Positions 13,392 through 29,848 of a stretch of 64,000 bases of DNA are shown here, one piece after another. The notes beneath the pieces were generated by a model. That model had not been told where the DNA came from, did no database searches, and saw nothing but the letters and a program-made list of their open reading frames with translations. The stretch lies in NCBI RefSeq assembly GCF_964204645.1, contig NC_134025.1, positions 19,505,101 through 19,569,100 of the forward strand, read 5' to 3'. Origin of the DNA: Tubulanus polymorphus. Lineage: Eukaryota; Animalia; Nemertea. Numbering within the stretch: position 1 is the stretch's first letter; each line of letters starts with the position of its first letter. The translations under genes and the position numbers were made by a program.

Positions 13392-13590
13392 TCACAAGCC
13401 ATTCTTGCTTTTGTCGTTAGGGGTTCGCGTATTGGAAGGACAGTTAAAAACAGATTGATGTTCCGATAAGGAGTACCACTGGGCAATCGGTTTACGAGGG
13501 CTTTCTAACATTTCGAACCAATGGTCGCGACCCACTCCCAGAATTTGTGGTCCGATGGCAATGCATCCCATCAGCTCGTTGTAACCAACC
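13392..13590 (-). CDS. Synaptotagmin (SYT9/10/6/3 group), last exon, end of C2B
   Basis: cag| (R)VGYNELMGCIAIGPQILGVGRDHWFEMLESPRKPIAQWYSL...KNGL*. Confidence 0.92.
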
Positions 13591-15203
13591 CTGAAATGTA
13601 CGATTGAAAAATTAAATTTTAATAACGATTCTTAAAAATAGATTCAATCCCTTCTGGTGTCTCTTCGTAACTAACAGAGATCAGAATACCATTCCCCGAA
13701 AGCTACGATTAATTTGAAACGCGTGTACTATCGCTTGTGATCGTCTAATGTGTTCTCCTAATCTTCCGATAAAGTATTGCATTTACCCCCCAAAACATGC
13801 GTCTGTCAAAGTGGTTTCTTGTCAAAGATTAAAGCACAACACAACACCGGCGGAAATAGAGTGGTAAATTGCATGCTAGTTCAGGCGTAGGCGCTCATAC
13901 GTATCTTCTGTGGGCAATTGGTGAAACATTAAATTAAAAGAACCGATAACGCGTTTTTTTTATTATTTCAAGCAAGCAATTGAGTGTTGCAAGATGCGTC
14001 TTCTAAACTAATAATAAGCTTATTAATGATGATAATCTAAATCCTCCAACTCATTATGATTAGGTGGCCTGTTCTCTGTCAAATAACACAAAAATCAGAT
14101 CCATGAGACTAAAAACTACTACATGGTGACAGATTTATTAAAGGATTACGTCCCTTTTGTACCGACTTATCATTACAATTTACTCTAAAAAAATTCCCAC
14201 ATGCCTGAATGGTTTTACACCAGGAAAAGACTTTCTTCACATAAACAAATCATGTACTGCAGATTTGTATCGAATGAAACGATGTAGATCATTTCCGAAA
14301 TCAATAAAAGGAGCTACTTAATCACAACAGTTTGAAGATTCGGGTATCGCAATTGATCTGGCTAGTCATAGAATTATTAAGTATAGGGAATTTTTTCATA
14401 CGGCCAGTTTACATTACGAGTGTGTATGCCAAAATGAATATGGAGATGCATTCGGTAGAGTAACTTACAGTATGCCATCGTATAGGTCTAAGTAAGATAT
14501 TACAGCAAGTTACAGCTATTTACGATGATGCCATGGTTCGTAGGCAGACAAATAAAAAGGAAAGAACGAGATTTCCAATTCGATCTAAACTAAGGGTTGA
14601 CAGACGACATGCCCATTTGATGAAATGCTTGAAAATCTGACAACTTCTATAGCGGCGTCCACACGGAGATTTCAGTACGGTAACGTAGCGGCGTTTACAC
14701 AACACTAAAATACTAGGCTTATTACAGTAGCTAAATAACGCACCGAAATCCCGATCTCCATACGGCACTGAACTGGCCGCGTATTTTCTGTACTGATGTA
14801 GAAGTGTGAACGCAACCAAGGGATAAGTGTCGTTTATTCACGCACATAGTAGTTTTTACTCGTTTTTGACTCCAGTTTTTAACATAAGAAGCCACCAAAA
14901 AGAACGAAGATTTATATATGATATCATAAGTAGTGCCAATACAAATGGAAATACTATGTTATTCCGCCATATCACAACAAAATTACATGAGAGTTGTCAT
15001 GAGCTAAACCTTGCAATAGATTGTATCACAAAAGGTCTATATAAATGGCAATTTCAGTATTCAACACCACCTGGTGGAGAGAAAAAAAAACCAATGATCT
15101 TGACGCTCAGTCATAATCATAGAACATGTGATGAGCTACATTGCCATTAGATTGTGGCTGCACGAAACATACATGTTTCAGCGTAAATGTTTATATCATA
15201 TAC

Positions 15204-15375
15204 CTGTCATAATCTATGCATTTGATAAGTATCGACACATCTTCGATATTTTCCGCCGGAACATCAAACACCAACGCTTCGTTGTATACTGGATTCAACG
15301 TGTTCTTCTTCACGGTCGTTTTCCTCTTTTTGATCCGTTTACCCTGGCACATTAACGAAACCTTCACGTACGGAT
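15204..15375 (-). CDS. Synaptotagmin exon (C2B)
   Basis: (D)[56 protein letters not shown](R); AG/GT sites with consistent phases. Confidence 0.95.
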
Positions 15376-16225
15376 CTGAAATGTACACCACTTATATATA
15401 TTCTATAATTCTATGATACACATATATCTAAAGCAGCACTGCATGTGACAGCATATCGTGTGTTCAAGGGAGTAACAAATTCGAAGTCACGCATTGTGAA
15501 AACCTCGAGAGATGGTCTAATGGGGTCTAAACGTTTATTTGGCCATTTTACACGATGAATTACAACGCATGGGAATTATTCGAAACTTCCCCGGTTAAGC
15601 CTACAACGAGACACTTTGCCAGTTATGTAACATGAATGTAGTAAAAGACGAATTTCATGTACTTTTACCCTTTCTACAGTGAAGAGCGGGAAAGATTTAT
15701 TCCGAGGAATGTACGACGAAATCCTAATATTTCCAAATGTGTAAGATTTTGAAATAATCCATGTAACATGAACATCCTTCACCAGCATTCACCAGTATTT
15801 ATTCACTAGGGTTTCCCTGCTGTTATTTTACCTCAATGTATATAAACAAGATAATAATGTCTATATTATCATAATTATAATTGTATTCATTATATATTGA
15901 CGTAAATTATCCAGGAAATAAAATGATATGATATGATATATAGAGTTAAAGTAAAATGTGAATGAATGTCTGATAATTTGCGGGTATAGAAGGAATGCGA
16001 TTTCGTAGACATGGATTGCACATGGAATGTGAACATTGAAACTACGACCAAGCTGCAGTATCATAGATGTCAAACTGGTTGAAGTTCTAGGGATTAGCCA
16101 CATTCTACTGTGTCACTTTGATCATACGATGAGCCCGATCTCATCTACTTTCCGGTAACATCAATGCGACATGTTTTGCCCTTTATTTCGTTGCATAGAA
16201 ATCCTGATGATATCACTTATAATAC

Positions 16226-16346
16226 CTGAAGAGCCAGTTATGTCCATGGCTTTGAGATTTCTTGCTTTGAGGATAGTGACTGTTAGACGTCCTGCTGTAG
16301 GCAAATAACATAACGAAACCATCAATTCCCCGAGATCCACTTTCTC
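16226..16346 (-). CDS. Synaptotagmin exon (start of C2B)
   Basis: [40 protein letters not shown]; [11 protein letters not shown] is typical of SYT3/6/9/10. Confidence 0.95.
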
Positions 16347-17086
16347 CTTAAACAAGAGAAACATTTTCGCTTGCTTTCAAATGATTACCAACATACAAAA
16401 TCGTTTGAGATTGAAAATATCATATTGCATGAATTATAATGCTATGCTCTATACACGTGAAAACCATTGTTGCTACAAGGGAATTAACGTACGTATTTGC
16501 CCAGTCTATTTGCTAAACGTTTTACAATCAACATTGATGTTTTTTTAAATAATCCAACTTATTAACAACAATCTAATATATGATACGAAAAAAATTGCGA
16601 CGCGGGAATAACCCGGGCAGGTTGAACAAATGAAACAAATGATTACAAATAATCTAAGGAATTGAAATTTCTCGTCCAAAAGGTTTCAAATAGATAATAG
16701 GTGAGTTGGCTAGTTACATTGCAGAAAAAAATGTATCGTTGTGCCGACAGTGATATGGCCGATGAAAGCTTTCGAAATAGACAGTTGGACGGACTAGACA
16801 CATCAGACATTTTTTTTTGAAAAATGTATGAGTCCTGCACATGTGTAGCACACAGCATTGGAATAATGGAGCGGTTGTTAGGGCAACTGCAGTGAGCAAA
16901 CTACACGATGATTGTTTGCTTGTGCGGAATACTAATAATGCGTAGAATGTGTATTCGAAAGTTTTTGCGAGGTTTCTCTGAACTGTCAAAATATTTGCAT
17001 ACCAATTTAAAACAAGAGTGCTTCGCTAACTAAACGTTCTATCATCCTAGTTGAATTAGTCGATTACTGTCAAACACAATCCTTAC

Positions 17087-17919
17087 CTGCTGCGTACAAA
17101 TGACTTCTTGACAATAGTCTGTTTCCTTCGATAAATCGGTATCGCTTAGTAAATCTCTCACCAGAACAATGCCGATCAAATCGTGGCGGGAAAAGCGATC
17201 GAAGTCGTATAAACTGAACTGTAACATGCGCTTCGGCAAATCGTTGTAAGGTACTGCGAAGTTAAATGTCTCATCAAAATCGGGACACAATGTTTTCCTA
17301 TGGACTTTCGTGTGGAATTTGTTCTTTCTGTCCGGGAGTAGGTACACTTTTATGTATGGATCTGACGTTCCTGAGAAGTCTTTTGCGGGCAGTTCTTCGG
17401 CTTTGATTAAATTCACGACTAAATGCTCAGTTATTTGATCGTATAAAAGTGAAAAATATAAACGGCCGCAGGTTTTCGTGAAAATGTTAGAGGGTCGTCT
17501 GTCGTCAACGGCTAACTGTCTGTACAGTTCTGGTTTTAACGTGCCGATATCGGGTTGACTTCTCATGTTGAGTTTGCTAACGGTAAACTCAACATTTGAC
17601 ATGTCAAGTTTATGCGACAATTGACGCTGGAATGACTGATGACGCTGGGGAACCGTTGGCAAGGTCGTTTGCCTAAAGACCATCTTCCCCCAACCGAATT
17701 TTCGCAATGAGGAATGCTTATCCTCGTTGAGATCTGGCGTACTTTGACTAATTTTCAAGTTAGTCGTTTTAAATCCTGGCGGTGTATGGTCAGGCGAGCT
17801 CACAATCGAGTGGTCTTTCCTTTTTGCTTTCCAGCAGTACCACGTACAGTATGCAACTATGAGCATGACAATCACGCTCACTGATACCATTACAATGATA
17901 AGATATTGCAACGGTAAAC
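17087..17919 (-). CDS. Synaptotagmin exon (TM helix, linker, C2A)
   Basis: Hydrophobic helix then CTWYCWKAKRK; C2A motifs LPAKDFSGTSDPYIKVYLLPDRK and YDFDRFSRHDLIG; tttcag| and |gtaag boundaries. Confidence 0.95.
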
Positions 17920-19455
17920 CTGAAAGATAGATAGATCGCGTTGATATATTTATACATATAGGTTGAGACAATCGATTGCTTTCATCTGAGTCGATGCAAA
18001 CAAACATTCAGTCGGCAAGGAAATGCTTTTATACTTTTTTTCGATCAGTATTCGGAGAACTAAATTTGTCTGCATCACAATTGACATTAATGTACCACTT
18101 AACATGAATCTCGAGGAAGTAACTGACAAATAGCAGCCTGTCAATTTAGGCACATCAGATGCGCAAGACAATAAGTGATTCTGTTTGTCGTGCAGCAGTT
18201 GTACAACAGACTAAAGGCTAGGTATATACCGATAATATGAAAACACGCGAAACGATTCATTTTTCTCAAAATCCATATTCAATTTAATACAGCGATGTGG
18301 ATAATTTTCTAATGGCTCCGAGGTGACAAACACTCAATTCAACCAGCGTAAACCAGTTCATGAGTTACAGATATGAAATGAAAAAATACAAATCCCATTG
18401 ACTTTGACGTGAAAATAAGAAATGTCTTTCTGTGACCTTGACCTTTGTCCTACAGAACCCAGCATCTAATCAATTACTCACAGTCCCAAGATCAACCCAT
18501 CAATACAATTTTACCTGGGTCATCTAAATCGATTTATGAGATAGACCCCGGAAATACAAATTAATATCAACTAAATTTCTTAACACCGACTCGCTGACAT
18601 CAGTGTGAGGGATTTCAATACAAATATTAAGTTCCGCGTTAATGTAGTATATATATCCTTGATGAATCATGGCCGCTGTGCCGCTTGGTCGAAATAATAA
18701 CGAAGTGAGATTTCGTCGAGAAAATCAGAATTTCTGGGCAGTGGAAAAATGAACTAAGAGCCTGAACGAAGTTGGGAGTCGGGGGCAAAGTTATCAAGCA
18801 TAGTTGTATTGTCAGAATATATATGACAAATAGTACACGTGACACATTTTTCAATAATCAAGAATTATTCAAAATAACGCTCCGAATTTTAGTTGATATC
18901 ATCATGATTCGAAAAAATAGAACTTATAAACATTTGTTGTTCTGTGTGTGCTCAATACAGTTGCCACAGATTTGATCAATAAAACTATGCCGATAATTTT
19001 GTGACGTTGTGACAATACAAAGTTTATGAATGACATGAGGCGGGTATGATTATGATAGACCCAATCAATAATTTAGATTTGTGTAATCAGTATCCACTAG
19101 AGGGAGAATGACGTACGTAAACGCATGGCTAATTAGCATAATACAGGATGCTGCGTGAATGACGATTGGGTGCACTAATACTACCGAAGTACCGAATAAG
19201 ACCCTCCACTGGGGCAGTAGTCTAAATTCATAAAAAAAGCTACCAATTTAGTTACGAACTGAATGGGAGCTTGCATATACGACTGCTTGAAATCTGGGAA
19301 AGTTGAGTAAGCTATCACGTTTCCTAGCCGTTGGTGAAATTCCATTACAAATATTCTGACCCATAACGTAAAAATCCTAAAATTCCCCGATCTTTTCAGT
19401 CGGTATTCTATGGTGGCTGATTCGGGCTATGTAAAAAAAATCACAAATGGTGCAA

Positions 19456-19909
19456 TTTTTTTTTTGCAGACGCCTAAAAGTCGTTTTATCGCGCAATAAA
19501 ACGAAAATTACCGCGCTAAAACGAGAAAAAGTGTGTTTTATTGCGCGCTAAAACGAGAAACAGTCCTTTTGCCCCGCGATAAAACTAACTTTTTCGTTTT
19601 ATTGCCGCGTTAAAACGGAAAAGGGAGAAAAAGGAATTTGGTCTTTCGTTTTGTCATGGTGTATAAACGAATAAAAAATCATTTCATTGCGTTAATTTTC
19701 TCGTTTTATCGCGCTATTTTTGGTTTGAACGCGGCAATAAAACGAAAAAGTTCGTTCTAACGCGCGATAAAACGATTTTTTCTCGTTTTTATCGCGCAAT
19801 AAAACGACTTTTTCTCGTTTTAACGCAGTAATTTCTCGTTTTTACGTGGTAATTTTCGTGGTAATTTTATCACGCGATTGAAGGACTTTTAGGCGTCTGT
19901 AAAAAAAAA
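19456..19909. mobile_element. Fold-back MITE-like element with internal subrepeats
   Basis: Ends T-run-gcagacgcctaaaagtc / gacttttaggcgtctgt-A-run; interior built from taaaacga / tcgtttta / cgcg units in mirror arrangement. Confidence 0.7.
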
Positions 19910-20271
19910 GTTTACTCGGTAAAAAAATACGGTCTAAATAGAGCTGAGTTAGGCGAAGTCAATTCGTGCAAATCATGACCCCCCATTAACCAAACGTTCT
20001 GCACTGACTACAAATTAGTAAAATAGTTTTTAAAAATTTAGAAATGACCAGAATGTTAAGTTAGGTCCTATCCCATTTTACATTTTTACAATTGTGATTG
20101 CTATGATATTTTTGTAAACGGCCATTAAAGCGTAATGTTTCGTCTGCAATTCAATGCAAATAGTTACGTATTAACTACGCAAATTTATATGTTTTTGGGC
20201 GGACGATGAAGTGAATATACGCATACAGTATGCACCCACAACGCGTTGAGAGGCATGAAACAGGTACACGT

Positions 20272-20844
<573 letters not shown>

Positions 20845-21424
20845 ATATATGATATGATTATTTACAAGTTTTTGGATTTGCTTCAAACTGCCAACAATGA
20901 TAATGACAGGAACTGTTGACCGAGGCAGGCCTAATCGCGGTGAGATAAATGTGTCCTTCCCAATTATACAGTATGATTATACAGTAATGAAGTTAGTACC
21001 AGACACGCCGTTAACATTTGTCCGACAACTGCGGAAGGTGGCAGAGTTAATTATCAGTTGATAATCATCAATGTTAAATGTCCTAGAGAATTCAGACCCC
21101 AGTTTTGCAAAGCTTATCCAGAAATCGCATCGCTGAAAGCATTAGAAATGAGAAGGTTGCGCAACAGTTTATATGCATATAAACTGTTGCAAAAAGTGAC
21201 ACTGATTAATTTTGGTTCATCAGAATAGAAATGTTTTTCAAGTGAGTCTCGCCCAAGTGTAAAAGCTGTGCCATGGCTGTAACGAATACATCAGAGACAC
21301 CAGGTTATCTCATCTGGAGAACCGGCTGCCTGGTGATAATACCGTATACGCTACCTCAGTGAAATGAGAGAGATACCGAAGATATTTTAGTATCATCGCT
21401 AACGATTATCAATGTTTAACTTAC

Positions 21425-21463
21425 CAACTTCTTGCGCGGCTCCCATCGGCTCTTGTACATTAC
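21425..21463 (-). CDS. Probable first coding micro-exon of the synaptotagmin (ATG at 21446)
   Basis: ctttcag|gtaatgtacaagagccgATGggagccgcgcaagaagttg|gtaag; 39 nt; phase-1 donor joins in frame to give MGAAQEVGLPLQYLII. Confidence 0.7.
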
Positions 21464-23441
21464 CTGAAAGCATAACCTTCATTGTATAAGTCATATCCAC
21501 ATGGTATTGCTGTTCTATATTTTAAGAATCCAGCGTCTGTGTCAACATGAGTGCCAGATTTATGATGGGTTTTTCACTTTCAGTGCTGCTGTGGTGACAG
21601 AAAATTACGGAATGTATTCATGAGATGATAAATTGACTTGAGAATTAAGAGACCAAACCTAATCAGTGTTCTCCCATTGCTCTCCTAATCGGTAAATTTG
21701 AGTTGCGTCATGATAAAATCCTTGATCAATAGTGAGGGGCACATTTTCTATTTCAGCAGATATAGAATAAAGAACAACATGAAAATTTGAAATCGGGACT
21801 CGACTCAGCCAAAATGTCTGTGTCCAGATATGGAGTTAATCGATCCTATAAAGTTTATAATGTAAACTAACAAGGATCAAAGGTCTTTCTTCATAAACAC
21901 GAGGGCGTAGCTGTTGGATCGGTTCTAGAGGAAATTTAAGTCCATTTCTAACATTTATGACCATTTTGGACTTAGATTTGGGCTGGGGATTCGCACTTTC
22001 GACCGTCATCAGCTCACACTGCACCTGAACGATCATATACGCATAGTTTGATTTATGCTCGGGAAGCTGAACTAGATATAAGATACTGTCACCCAGGGTG
22101 TTGATAATTACCATTATCAAACGAAGACACAATACTTATACCGTGTCATTAACATAGCCTGATGGGAGAGTCAAAGAAGGGGCAATTTGTTGATGGTTCA
22201 AGAACCACAGCTTACTGCGTAATCCCTTATTTCTCATCAATTTTATACGTAGGATAGGCCTTTCAACAAATATCAAACCGATAATGATCTTGTTTTCGCT
22301 TCCAGATATTCATTATGAAAATAATATCCCTCTCTCGTAACGGGGGATATCGTGTCAAGTGGTAAATGCGATTAAAATTACTGGCTATACCTCTCATTGG
22401 ATAATGACTAGGGCCTCTCGCTGATCAATCTGTTTACATCAAAAGGTGTTAAATCTTGCGATTTCGATACTTCGTGTGCCACATATGCGGGACTCGGGTC
22501 GCTCCTACGGAGCGCGTCTACCAACCGCACGTAATGTATAGTATTACAAACCACAAAACTCTTTAAAAGCTTTTCAATCTAAATATAGATCTACAGGATA
22601 AGAAGTATTTCTCGTAGTGAATCATTCTACAAACTGCGGAATAATAATCGATTGGTTTTATTCCTTTGTGTAACAGCAAAATTGAATTTACGAATTTCAA
22701 TTTCCAGTGGAAAAGGCCATTGAGAATATGGTCACGCACATTACATAGGGTTATTGCCGGCACGATCGTGAACACAATGACTAGCCACAATTCAACAATA
22801 GTAGGAAGGTCTGTTTTGGAAACTGACAAACATCATCAATACACAATGAAGAAAATGATTCCATATGATATACCTTGGTATACTTGTTGTCTGGTATGGT
22901 CTGATACATATCTCTTATCAACGGATGATAGCAGTTCGCCAGCATTTGGGTACATAATTAATTGTTGGTCATGTCTTCTATCGGCTTCCGGTGGTAACTT
23001 CATAACTCTTTTCAAACCATGTTGTTCATGCAAACAACTAGAGATGTATCTGTAATTGACAGAAAAATTAATTGATCTTTTTATCATTAAAGTATGGAAG
23101 GTCGGAAGCGCCCTCAGGACACCATTTAGGAAAAAGTAAGAATATCATTTTACGTTTGAGTTATATCAACATGAAAATAATTCACGATTAATAAATAGTT
23201 TTTCCGATTTAAGGTCGAGTTGTTATCCCGACAATTCATTTATGCACGTTTAATGAAAAGTATTTCTGACATTTGGCTGATTTTATGTGGAGTATACATG
23301 TCTTGACATAAAATCAAATTTTCATTTTTCGCAAATCATTTTATGTCGAGATAATAAATCAACAAGAAATCAAGAAAACCTTTTAGCAATAGTTAATGAT
23401 TTTCAAGTTGAGATACAACTCAACATAGAATAAAATCCTAG

Positions 23442-24171
23442 TGTTATACGATTTAGCTATTTTGGCTAAATAGTAATGCTGTTTGTAAAGTATTTTTATA
23501 TAACTTTTGGCAGAACATCTGCTGTTTTTGAAACATTGAGTGTAGATGAGAAGACCCTTCAAGACCCTTCAAACTGGCATCTTTAGTAGGCTTCATTGTT
23601 CCAATTCATAGTTAGTATCCATTCGGCTTATTATCATATAAACATTGGTTAAACCATGGTCTTGAGTGGCGATCTCTCTGCTTGTAGAGCTTTTAAGAGT
23701 ATTTTAGTTATATTATTGTATAGAATGCTGGGGAGTTTATTTAGTGATTAACTAATGGAAAGGGATTGAGACTTAGGGAAAAAAGGGAGTTAGTTCAGTA
23801 GATTCGGGGGGAACTGGAGAACTAGCGAACGAGAACTAGAGAACGAGGGAACGAGAACTAGACGGGAGTGGGAGCTAAGTTAAGTCCAGAGAAAGGTAGT
23901 CAGGACGAGGGATCAGATCGGGATCGTACGGGGAGAATAGTCGAGGGATTGGATCAGACGGGTTGACTATATGATTTACGCTGGATTTGTACCATACATT
24001 ATAGAAGAAATTATATCTTTGATGATGGAATAAATATATACTCATATTATACAAGATTAAGGCAAACAGCTGAGTTAAGTATACTTTTTATATCCCGTAT
24101 TCTAGGAGCTAAAAATAGATTATCGGTATTAGGAGATACTGGGAGGTAAAATCAGAGTTATCGTAGCGACA
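23442..24171 (+). mobile_element. Possible solo LTR inside a degenerate tandem-repeat element (~23140-24690)
   Basis: TGT...ACA ends with imperfect inverted termini (tgttatacgat / atcgtagcgaca); AATAAA near 24029; GA-rich simple repeats; no clean TSD. Confidence 0.45.
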
Positions 24172-25099
24172 TCGAAAACCTACATCGTTTCACTGTGGAC
24201 AGCTAAAAGAAAAAGAAAAAATTTGATTTTATATCGAGTTATTAACTCAAAATGAAATAACTTAAGAAAAAAACGATTAGATTTCATGATGAGATGAAGC
24301 TCGACATAAAATCGGCACAACTTTTTATTAATCATAAAGCATTTGATGTCGAGACAAGTCAGCGAAACATTTTATTAGTCGTAAATGAATCACCGTAATG
24401 TCGAGAACAAAACTGATCAAAAATCAAAATTTGAATTCGATAATGATGTCCTCTAGACAGTGGATCTCGAGGAAAATCGTACTTAGAATTAAGAAGCAAA
24501 TGTCTGATTTTAATTTAAGTTCGAGGTAATAACGCCAAATAAAATCGACAAAACCTTTTTTTAATCGTAAATGAACTAATGTTGGGAAAAATGAAATTGA
24601 GAAAAATATTTTTCAATTGTAAATGGATCAACTGCGAGACTTGACTCTCGACGTAATCAAATTTGCATTTTTCAGACGACGGTTCCCTATATGAAACTAA
24701 TCATAAAACCCGTATTCTCATAAGAAATGGTCCACGTATATTGAAAAAAAATCTACTCTGCCCTCAATCTTAAATTTCATCAAATCAATTTGCGAGGAAA
24801 CCTAACTGTTTGCAATCGAAACTAAAGGTTAGCAGTTACAAATTTACTTTCCGTAATTGCCTTCAGTAGACAGTGGAGGAAGGTGTCTGATTTATAAATA
24901 ATTCAGATAATTCCGATCCCCTTGTTGCGCACAGGGCATTACGGCCTTCGTTGGCTGAACTCGTCCAGATAAAATCAGGACACCATGGTAACACCGATCT
25001 CTAATGGACGGTTATGGAGTGATTAACATTTGGTTCGCTTAGAAAAGATGGATATATGCACAAAGAATAAAAACTCAGTTGGTCCCGTTATTTACAGCT

Positions 25100-25565
25100 T
25101 CAAGCCCAAAATCAAAATTCTGTCACATGACACCTTCATGACCTTCACTGGCTCCCAATCAAATCTTGTATCCAGTTTAAAATCCTAGTCTTAACATTCA
25201 AATCCCTAAACGGTCTTGCACCACAATATCTACAGTCACGTGTGCAATATGAATCATCCGCTAGAGTTTTAAGATCTAACAATCAATCCCTGCGATTCAA
25301 TTCCCCGCGTTAATCTAGTCTCAGCCGGACGTAGCGCCTTCGCGTACTCTGCCCCAGTACTCTGGAATCCTTTCCTAGTCCAACTAAATCTAGTCATTCA
25401 ATCGATGTTTTTAAATCTAAGCTCAAAACCAGTTGTTCAACAAAATTTTCTAATTAAACTCGTTCTAGTTTTCTCTGTTTCTATGTTCACTTTTAATACA
25501 TGGTGTAAAGCCAATGAGCATATTTTATATGGATTTTAGGCTGAATAAACGATCATTATCATTAA
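25100..25565 (+). mobile_element. 5'-truncated L2/CR1-group LINE, 3' end
   Basis: DLHWLPIKSCIQFKILVLTFKSLNGLAPQYL is the typical L2-clade ORF2 C-terminus; 3' tail tgtaaagccaatgagc...aataaa then cattat repeats. Confidence 0.8.
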
Positions 25566-26237
25566 TAAGTTGAAATTAGAAAATCGTTGTAGATTATCGA
25601 CTGCTTCCATTACAAAAATGACCAAAAAAATTCCAATCATATCCAAGCATAGAATTAGCTGTGCCCAAAATGAGCTCATGTGCCCATTTAGAAACAGCAA
25701 ACTAAGTGCTAGTTTCAAAAGGCTACATTTTACCTAACGAACTAAAGGAACGGACCAATTTGGAACGGACTTATCGCTAGTGTGGACGCTTTGGTCCGGA
25801 ATTGGAGCGGTCCAAATTTAGACCGCTCTAGATAACGTAGGTCTTTCATTTATGTTTTCGTATAAACGTATGATAATATTTACCGAAGATCAAATCTGGA
25901 ACCTATCCGCATACAATATGGGATTATCGACGAATGGATACGTTTCGTGACACAAGTCGTGATATCTGCGTTTAATATGATCCTCAATCAGGTGCGAATA
26001 TATCATGAATAATTAAGAATTTGAATTGCGTGCCGGAGTTATATGATACCAACCCACGCCTTCCATCTTATCTGTCTTGCATTTCATCAACCGATCTAAT
26101 ATTTGAGAATCATCGTGATAGCTAATATTTGAGACAATGTTAAGATCAATATCATCATATTGCAATTCTGGTTACCTGTATGGTATTATATTATTCGGTG
26201 ATGGATATTGACCACGACATATGCGTGGACCAGGTGG

Positions 26238-26485
<248 letters not shown>

Positions 26486-28915
26486 ATTTAGAAATGAATT
26501 GAGTAAGTCCCCAGGTTGAAGTTAGTACTAGTCTATAAAACCGGGCCGGGGTGTATGAAATATGAGTATATCCCTGAATTATAGGTTATAAATTGTAGCC
26601 TTTGATTCAGGGAAACTGTGCGTGAAGTCGTATCAATATCAGAAGATTTACTACCATCCATAAAGATTAATTTTCACCATATTATCCCGAAAGACAACAA
26701 CTTGTTTTTCCAGGTCTCGTTTGCATTCTGAGGATTCCTTTGTTGAGAATGTCATAAAATCAATCCTGTAGTCAAAATTATAAAAGGTATTTCTAAAAGG
26801 TATTAGGACCGGTTACTAAATACAATTATCTAACTTTTTTATAGATCTGCATATACGTTTAGATTAAAGTTACTATTCAAGATAGATTTTATGAATAAAT
26901 ACGTGCCGTCTCATTTCGAGGTATATTCATCAGCTTGTTCAGCGGTAACTCTCGTCGGTATTCAGTATTTCGTGGGAGATACAGAATACCAAGTAATCTC
27001 ATCACCGCAACCGAAAATGTTCATTAATTCTTACTCAGGGTATCTAGCCCGGGAAACCCATTCAACTGATCTTTGATGGTAATTTTTCGATCATCACCAG
27101 GGATGCAATCGAAAAATATCAATTTATATCTGCAGTCTAGTACCACGGGATAAGAAAAATGGAATTAATTCGCCATTGGATTAGTAGGCCCTGACCAATG
27201 AAAAATGCTTAGCCCCAGTTTCGGAAGTAAACCCAAATTAAAGCGGCTGTACGAAAATATCTTCCTCGACACAGTTTTAATTCTAGAATAGGCCCGATTG
27301 GAAGAATTGCGAACTCACGCGAATATGGTGACGAGAAATCGTAACGCACGTAACCTACTTCTTTCTGCTGCTTTCACGCCCTATAAATTATCAATATGCC
27401 TGCTGAACTGAATATATATTCATTCAGTTCAGTAAGTAGGCATACTGAGAAACGCAAGAAGATATATAGATAGAAAAAACATGTATATCCTACCTTTTTT
27501 CTCTATATCAATACTATGTCCACTTCACTCTCCAGGTGAGCGGTCGCGTAGCATGTAATCATCATCAAATCCCTGACCCAAAGAAATCGAAACAATATAT
27601 GTTCACTGCTCGGCAATAGCAAATACTACGTATACTGGTTGACTCAACAGGCTCTGTATGAATCCAGCAATAGTTACCACTAGCAACCAGGTACCTTATT
27701 GTCAGTTTCCAGTTGCAGCAGTCGTAGAAATATACCCATGCCAAAATCGTTTGATCACTCATTTATCTATCGACTTTGCCATTTATGTAGTCATTTTCAA
27801 GTTTGCACACAATGAAAAACATTCAAGAATATATAGAAAACAATATCTACAAGCATCCCATTTCTAAAAATACCTGCCAATTACTGAGAAAAGATTTAGA
27901 ATGAACATGAATGATTTAGATCAAATTTCAAAACGTTGCAAAGATTGGACTCATTAATTGATTACTTCATTACTTTAGCCACGGAACTAGACGCCCATTC
28001 GTGGAGGTCAATGATGAATTTCGAGAAAATCTAATCAACCGAAATGCGTCTGTATATACATGCAAATATAATGATCGGATTTACAAGTTAAAATTAAGGA
28101 CGGATAGCTGTCACAGGATATGCTTTGACCCTAACTTTACAATGTATTTAAAATCACCATCGAATGAGCAATATTTATGGGCTTTTGCTAGTGTATCTGA
28201 ATCTCCTCCTGTCTGTGTTTAGCCAGCTAAAAGCTAGACGGAAATCTAATCACTGGAACAGAGAGCCTGGGGGTAAGTGCAGGAAATGTATCCAGTATCC
28301 GGAATAATGGAAATATGCATGATGTCTACAAATATTCGCGAGCTCTGGTATACTTGGGGTCGTAATTGATACGAAAGTATTCCCGTCGAGAGGGCAGTAG
28401 AGATTACTTATTGATGTTATCATATGCCGTTCACATAATGAAAACTAATTTGTGCTAAAGTAGTGGTGAACAATGCGGGCATGATCCAACCTCGTGGCCA
28501 AATGGGGCTAATAGTATGAACTATTTGCAAAGAGGTACCTGGAAATATTTACAGAATGTGTTCATTTTGGTAACCGCGCATTCACGCCTCGAATTTTCGG
28601 TAATGGTACCTTAACTCCCTTTCTCAGAAAAGCATACCGACTGTTTTTCGCCAGAAAGCGTGATGCAGACAAATTACCCTTTACAATTACACCACCAACT
28701 GTGCTCGGAAAAAGTGGTCATAAACGAACATGTTGCAGGCAAACCGACCATAAAATAATGGGCTTAATTTCACGTACAGAAGTGTTGACATGGCGGCTTC
28801 ATAATAGTGTCACCGATGAAGCTATAATCCCATATGATTAAATGTATTACCCGAGCAATTCGTGACTGAATTGACGATGTCTCCGAGAAAAAGAAATCAT
28901 CGTTCTTTTTTGGTT

Positions 28916-29848
<933 letters not shown>

